NCBI GenBank assembly: GCA_030390025.1
Contig: CM059438.1
Span: forward strand, 64,048,001-64,112,000
Origin: Squalus acanthias
Lineage: Eukaryota
Direction of reading: 5' to 3'
Length of the DNA: 64,000 bases
A program made the position numbers and the translations under genes. The notes beneath the pieces were generated by a model, which worked only from the letters and a program-made list of their open reading frames with translations, searched no databases and was not told where the DNA came from. Below, piece after piece: positions 60,659 to 64,000 of the stretch (positions within the stretch are counted from its first letter, which is position 1; each line of letters opens with the position of its first letter).

Positions 60659-60695
60659 AGTTCTGACAAAAGGTCTTCGACCTGAAACGTTAACT
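60659..60695 (+). ncRNA. Minimal type I hammerhead ribozyme motif (core variant CUGACAA)
   Basis: AGTT-CTGACAA-A-AGGTC(TTC)GACCT-GAAA-CG-TT-AACT. Confidence 0.6.
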
Positions 60696-61684
60696 CTGTT
60701 TCTCTCTCCACGGATGCTGCCTGGCCTGCTGAGTTTTTCTAGCATTTTCTGTTGTTATTTCCAAGAAATGCAAATATGTTCCCCACCAGACCACCCGAGA
60801 ATTCAAATGGTTGGATGCGCAGCAACTAAATAAGAAGGAAAACAGATGGACAGTACTTTTTTTTTTAAGTGCTACCTCTCTGCTGCCAAGATCCAGTTCC
60901 AGTCACTTGCGCCAACCTGTCAATGATGGAAGCAGGAAAACTTTAGCTCTGGCTCGTAAAGTGGAAATGAGTAAGCACGGAAGGGACACGGTGTGAATGT
61001 GCTGATTCTCATTCGCGCCCCGCTTAATTAAACAGTGATAAGTAGACGTCTGGTTTTCAGGTTTTAGTTTTCCTTGAATTTGGGTCAAAATAAATCAGGT
61101 GGCATCAGCTGCCAGCAAATAACACGCTCTATTGGCTCAAAAGTTAAATTGTGAGGACAATTTTAACCCAGCCCACACGGCCCAGGTTACTTACCCGCCC
61201 CGGAGACGCTGGGAGCTGACGGGTCCCAATTTTAACCTGCTCAACTGAGCAGGCGGCAAGGACACCATTCCAAAGCCAGCGGGGGCCTTTAATTTACAGA
61301 TGCATGTTGGGTCTCGATGATGGTATATGGGGTGAGGCCTAAAGGTAGCTGCACTGCTTGGCAAACAACAAGTGTGGTTTTAACTAGCAGTTGGTGCTGA
61401 CGACTCACCCAGCTCTCACTAGTCGCTCCAAGTGCTACACCCTGGGAAATTGCCTCGTCTGACATGCTGAGCCAAGCGAGAGTAGCCAAGGAGCAATGGT
61501 CGAACACTTGGCGACTTCCAGACCTCGGAAAGCAAAATAAGCCCATTCAACTCTGCTGAGCTGACAGACAGGAATTTAGTCGTCGTATGTTGGGTTCCAA
61601 TGATGTTAGTAAAACTTTTTTTTAAAAAGAAAAGCTTCACTCAATCACTCTTTGAGGCTCCAGGTGAATGAAAGTCTGCTTCTC

Positions 61685-61759
61685 TGTGTGTGTCCACAGG
61701 TCTGTGTGTGTGTGTGTGTGCCCACAGGTCTGTGTGTGTGTGTGTGTGTGTGTCCACAG

Positions 61760-61793
<34 letters not shown>

Positions 61794-61797
61794 ACAG

Positions 61798-61837
<40 letters not shown>

Positions 61838-62428
61838 ACAGGTCTGTGTGTGTGTGTGTCCACAGGTCTGTGTGTGTGTGTGTGTGTGTCCACAGGTCTG
61901 TGTGTGTGTGTGTGTGTGTGTGTCCACAGGTCTGTGCGTGTGTGTGTGTGTGTCCACAGGTCTGTGCGTGTGTGTGTGTGTGTCCACAGGTCTGTGCGTG
62001 TGTGTGTGTGTGTCCACAGGTCTGTGCGTGTGTGTGTCTGTGTGTGTGTGTGTGTGTCCACAGGTCTGTGCGTGTGTGTGTCTGTGTGTGTGTGTCCACA
62101 GGTCTGTGTGTGTGTGTGTCTGTGTGTGTGTCCACAGGTCTGTGTGTGTGTGTGTCTGTGTGTCCACTGGTCTGTGTGTGTGTGTGTGTCCACAGGTCTG
62201 TGTGTGTGTGTGTGTCCACAGGTCTGTGCGTGTGTGTGTCTGTGTGTGTGTGTGTGTGTGTCCACAGGTCTGTGTGTGTGTGTGTGTGTCCACAGGTCTG
62301 TGTGTGTGTGTGCCCATAGGTCTGTGTGTGTGTGTGTGTGTCCACAGGTCTGTATGTGTGTGTGTGTGTGTCCACAGGTCTGTGCGTGTGTGTGTCTGTG
62401 TGTGTGTGTGTGTGTGTGTCCACAGGTC

Positions 62429-62467
<39 letters not shown>

Positions 62468-62532
62468 ACAGGTCTGTGTGTGTGTGTGCCCATAGGTCTG
62501 TGTGTGTGTGTGTGTGTCCACAGGTGCGTGTG
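61685..62532 (+). repeat. Compound minisatellite: (TG)n runs punctuated by CCACAGGTC, about 26 units
   Basis: Counted by eye; variants CCATAGGTC and CCACTGGTC occur. Confidence 0.95.
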
Positions 62533-63474
62533 CACGTTTCCTGCAAATGCAATAACCATGGAATTTAATTATTCTCTTTTGTTTCACTTGAAAATTAATT
62601 TAAATACAACTTTAAACAACTTTATAATTTTCTATCTCTATCTTTTATTAATCCATAAAGGCCACATTTCAACCAGTTTTGATCAGGACGCAACACTCAT
62701 CTTTTAAATAGTAAAAAATATCTCAATGAGATGACTCAATATCTTTCTTTCAGTAAGTTATGAACCAGTGACCTTGTAGGAATAAATGCTGCACGGATTA
62801 ATTTCTCCAGGCAATCAGTGTCAACAGTAGTAGCAATAAGAAATATTCCACCAGGACACAATTGAATGGATTTTTACACTGATCATTGCTGGGACCATTT
62901 AAATTGCTTCTCAAGTTCCATGTCTCATTTCCTCTCCGAAGAAAATGCAAGAGCAGTCTGCCAGTCTTGAAACAAGCCCAGCACCAGTCTGTTAACATCA
63001 ACCCAGCGAATGTATATGTTAATATCTAGAGCAGGATACATTGATACACTAGGCACAGTACAGGTGTGTATTTCATTAGCATTTTTTTCATGATGCTAAC
63101 CTGTATTTTTGTTCAGTTTAACAAAAAAATGTGACCTTTGGATCTGGGTTTCAAAATTCAACTCGCACTTTGATGGCTTTAAGGGTCATATGTGAAGGGT
63201 GTTTTGGACCACGCCCATCCAGCTTCTTAGGGTGCCCCGGCACAAAACTATCCCAAATTTGGCACGAACTTGGCGCCCTCACTCACAGAAGCCACAGGAT
63301 GACTGTTGCGAGCACTGGAGAAACGTCACATTGTTGCTCTTCCAAGGTTGGCACTGAGCCGCACTGTTGGGGCAGAGTGCAGGGAGCTTTACTCCCCAGC
63401 ATAACCATTCTAGCACTAGAGCTGCAAGTGCTTCAGAGTGACACTGGCTACCTGAAATGGAATGTGCTTCATCT

Positions 63475-63741
63475 GACCCGTTTTTAACTCCAGGCGGATT
63501 CCCCGCTCAGGCCTGAGTTAAAATTACGGCCGGGTCTCAATGATGTCATCGGGCCTCAACGTGCATGTGTAATGAAGGACCCTGTTGGCTCCGGGCGAGT
63601 GTCCTTGCTGCCTGCTCAGGAGGACAGGTTAAAATTGCAGATGTTGCGATCATGGCGGCTTTCGGACAGGTGAGAGCCGGGGCGATTTTAACTGCCCGCC
63701 CGCCAGGTTTCTGCTGAGCGAGTAGGGTTAAAATTGCCCCC
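63475..63741. mobile_element. Small Harbinger-type MITE
   Basis: TTTTTAACTC...GGGTTAAAATTGCCCCC ends with internal GTTAAAATT repeats. Confidence 0.55.
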
Positions 63742-64000
63742 TCTTGATGAGCATAAAAAATCAATTGCAGAATAAATAAAAATATACACTTAATTTCTCT
63801 TGGCTGCTATCAGACTCAATTATTTCAATTGCTGTCCGGCTCTGTTATTTTAATGTAATTTTCTTCCAGAAATAGTTTTTGTAGATGCTAATTTTCTTAA
63901 AATGAGGTTGCTGCACAGCCAGGTCCATTTACTGCTCATTAGCAAATTTGTACAAGACAACAAGAGTAAAGCAGATAATATATTCCTCATAGAATATCAT

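Larger units (their letters stand above)
59966..60760 (+). mobile_element. Penelope-like element with inverted pseudo-LTR (family of 7002-7735)
   Basis: LGDCFAEHLRSV...LPVACHFNS...KLEEQHLIFRLGTLQP; flanking direct repeat CCAAGAARTGCAAATAYG at 59948-59965 and 60761-60778. Confidence 0.88.

Noticed and set aside
61685..62532. CRISPR-like repeat-spacer appearance
   Set aside because: The spacers are only (TG)n, the constant part is 9 bp, there are no cas genes, and the context is eukaryotic.
61637..62707. Long ORFs of 200-350 aa (HT/CV-rich)
   Set aside because: Artefacts of the stop-free (TG)n satellite.

Overview
Eukaryotic, repeat-dense DNA, most likely from a cartilaginous fish (shark); this is inferred from the mix of Deu-domain SINEs, CR1, L2, RTE and Penelope repeats. 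No host protein-coding gene can be confidently identified, only scattered exon-like fragments on the minus strand. The centrepiece is two near-identical, coding-intact PIF/Harbinger DNA transposons, each with a spliced Myb/SANT gene and a convergent 386-aa DDE transposase. Copy 1 (18421-22754) is complete, with TIRs and a TTT target-site duplication (TSD). It sits inside a ~1.87-kb solo LTR, which itself splits the YADD motif of an L2 LINE. Copy 2 (27001-31064) has lost its left end and lies behind different, promoter-like DNA. A second ~1.6-kb solo LTR (11268-12889) looks divergent from the first but shares an ordered motif set with it: an E2F site, TATAATTG, a GAGTGGTGAGCAT donor, AATAAA, and a covarying tRNA-T-arm-like U5 structure that pairs with the LTR terminus. 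Also present are five Penelope-like insertions carrying eight minimal hammerhead ribozyme motifs, several Harbinger-type MITEs enriched in perfect 5' splice donors, a decayed Harbinger, many LINE/SINE fragments and a (TG)n-CCACAGGTC compound satellite. All coordinates were read by eye, and the ends of old repeats are approximate.
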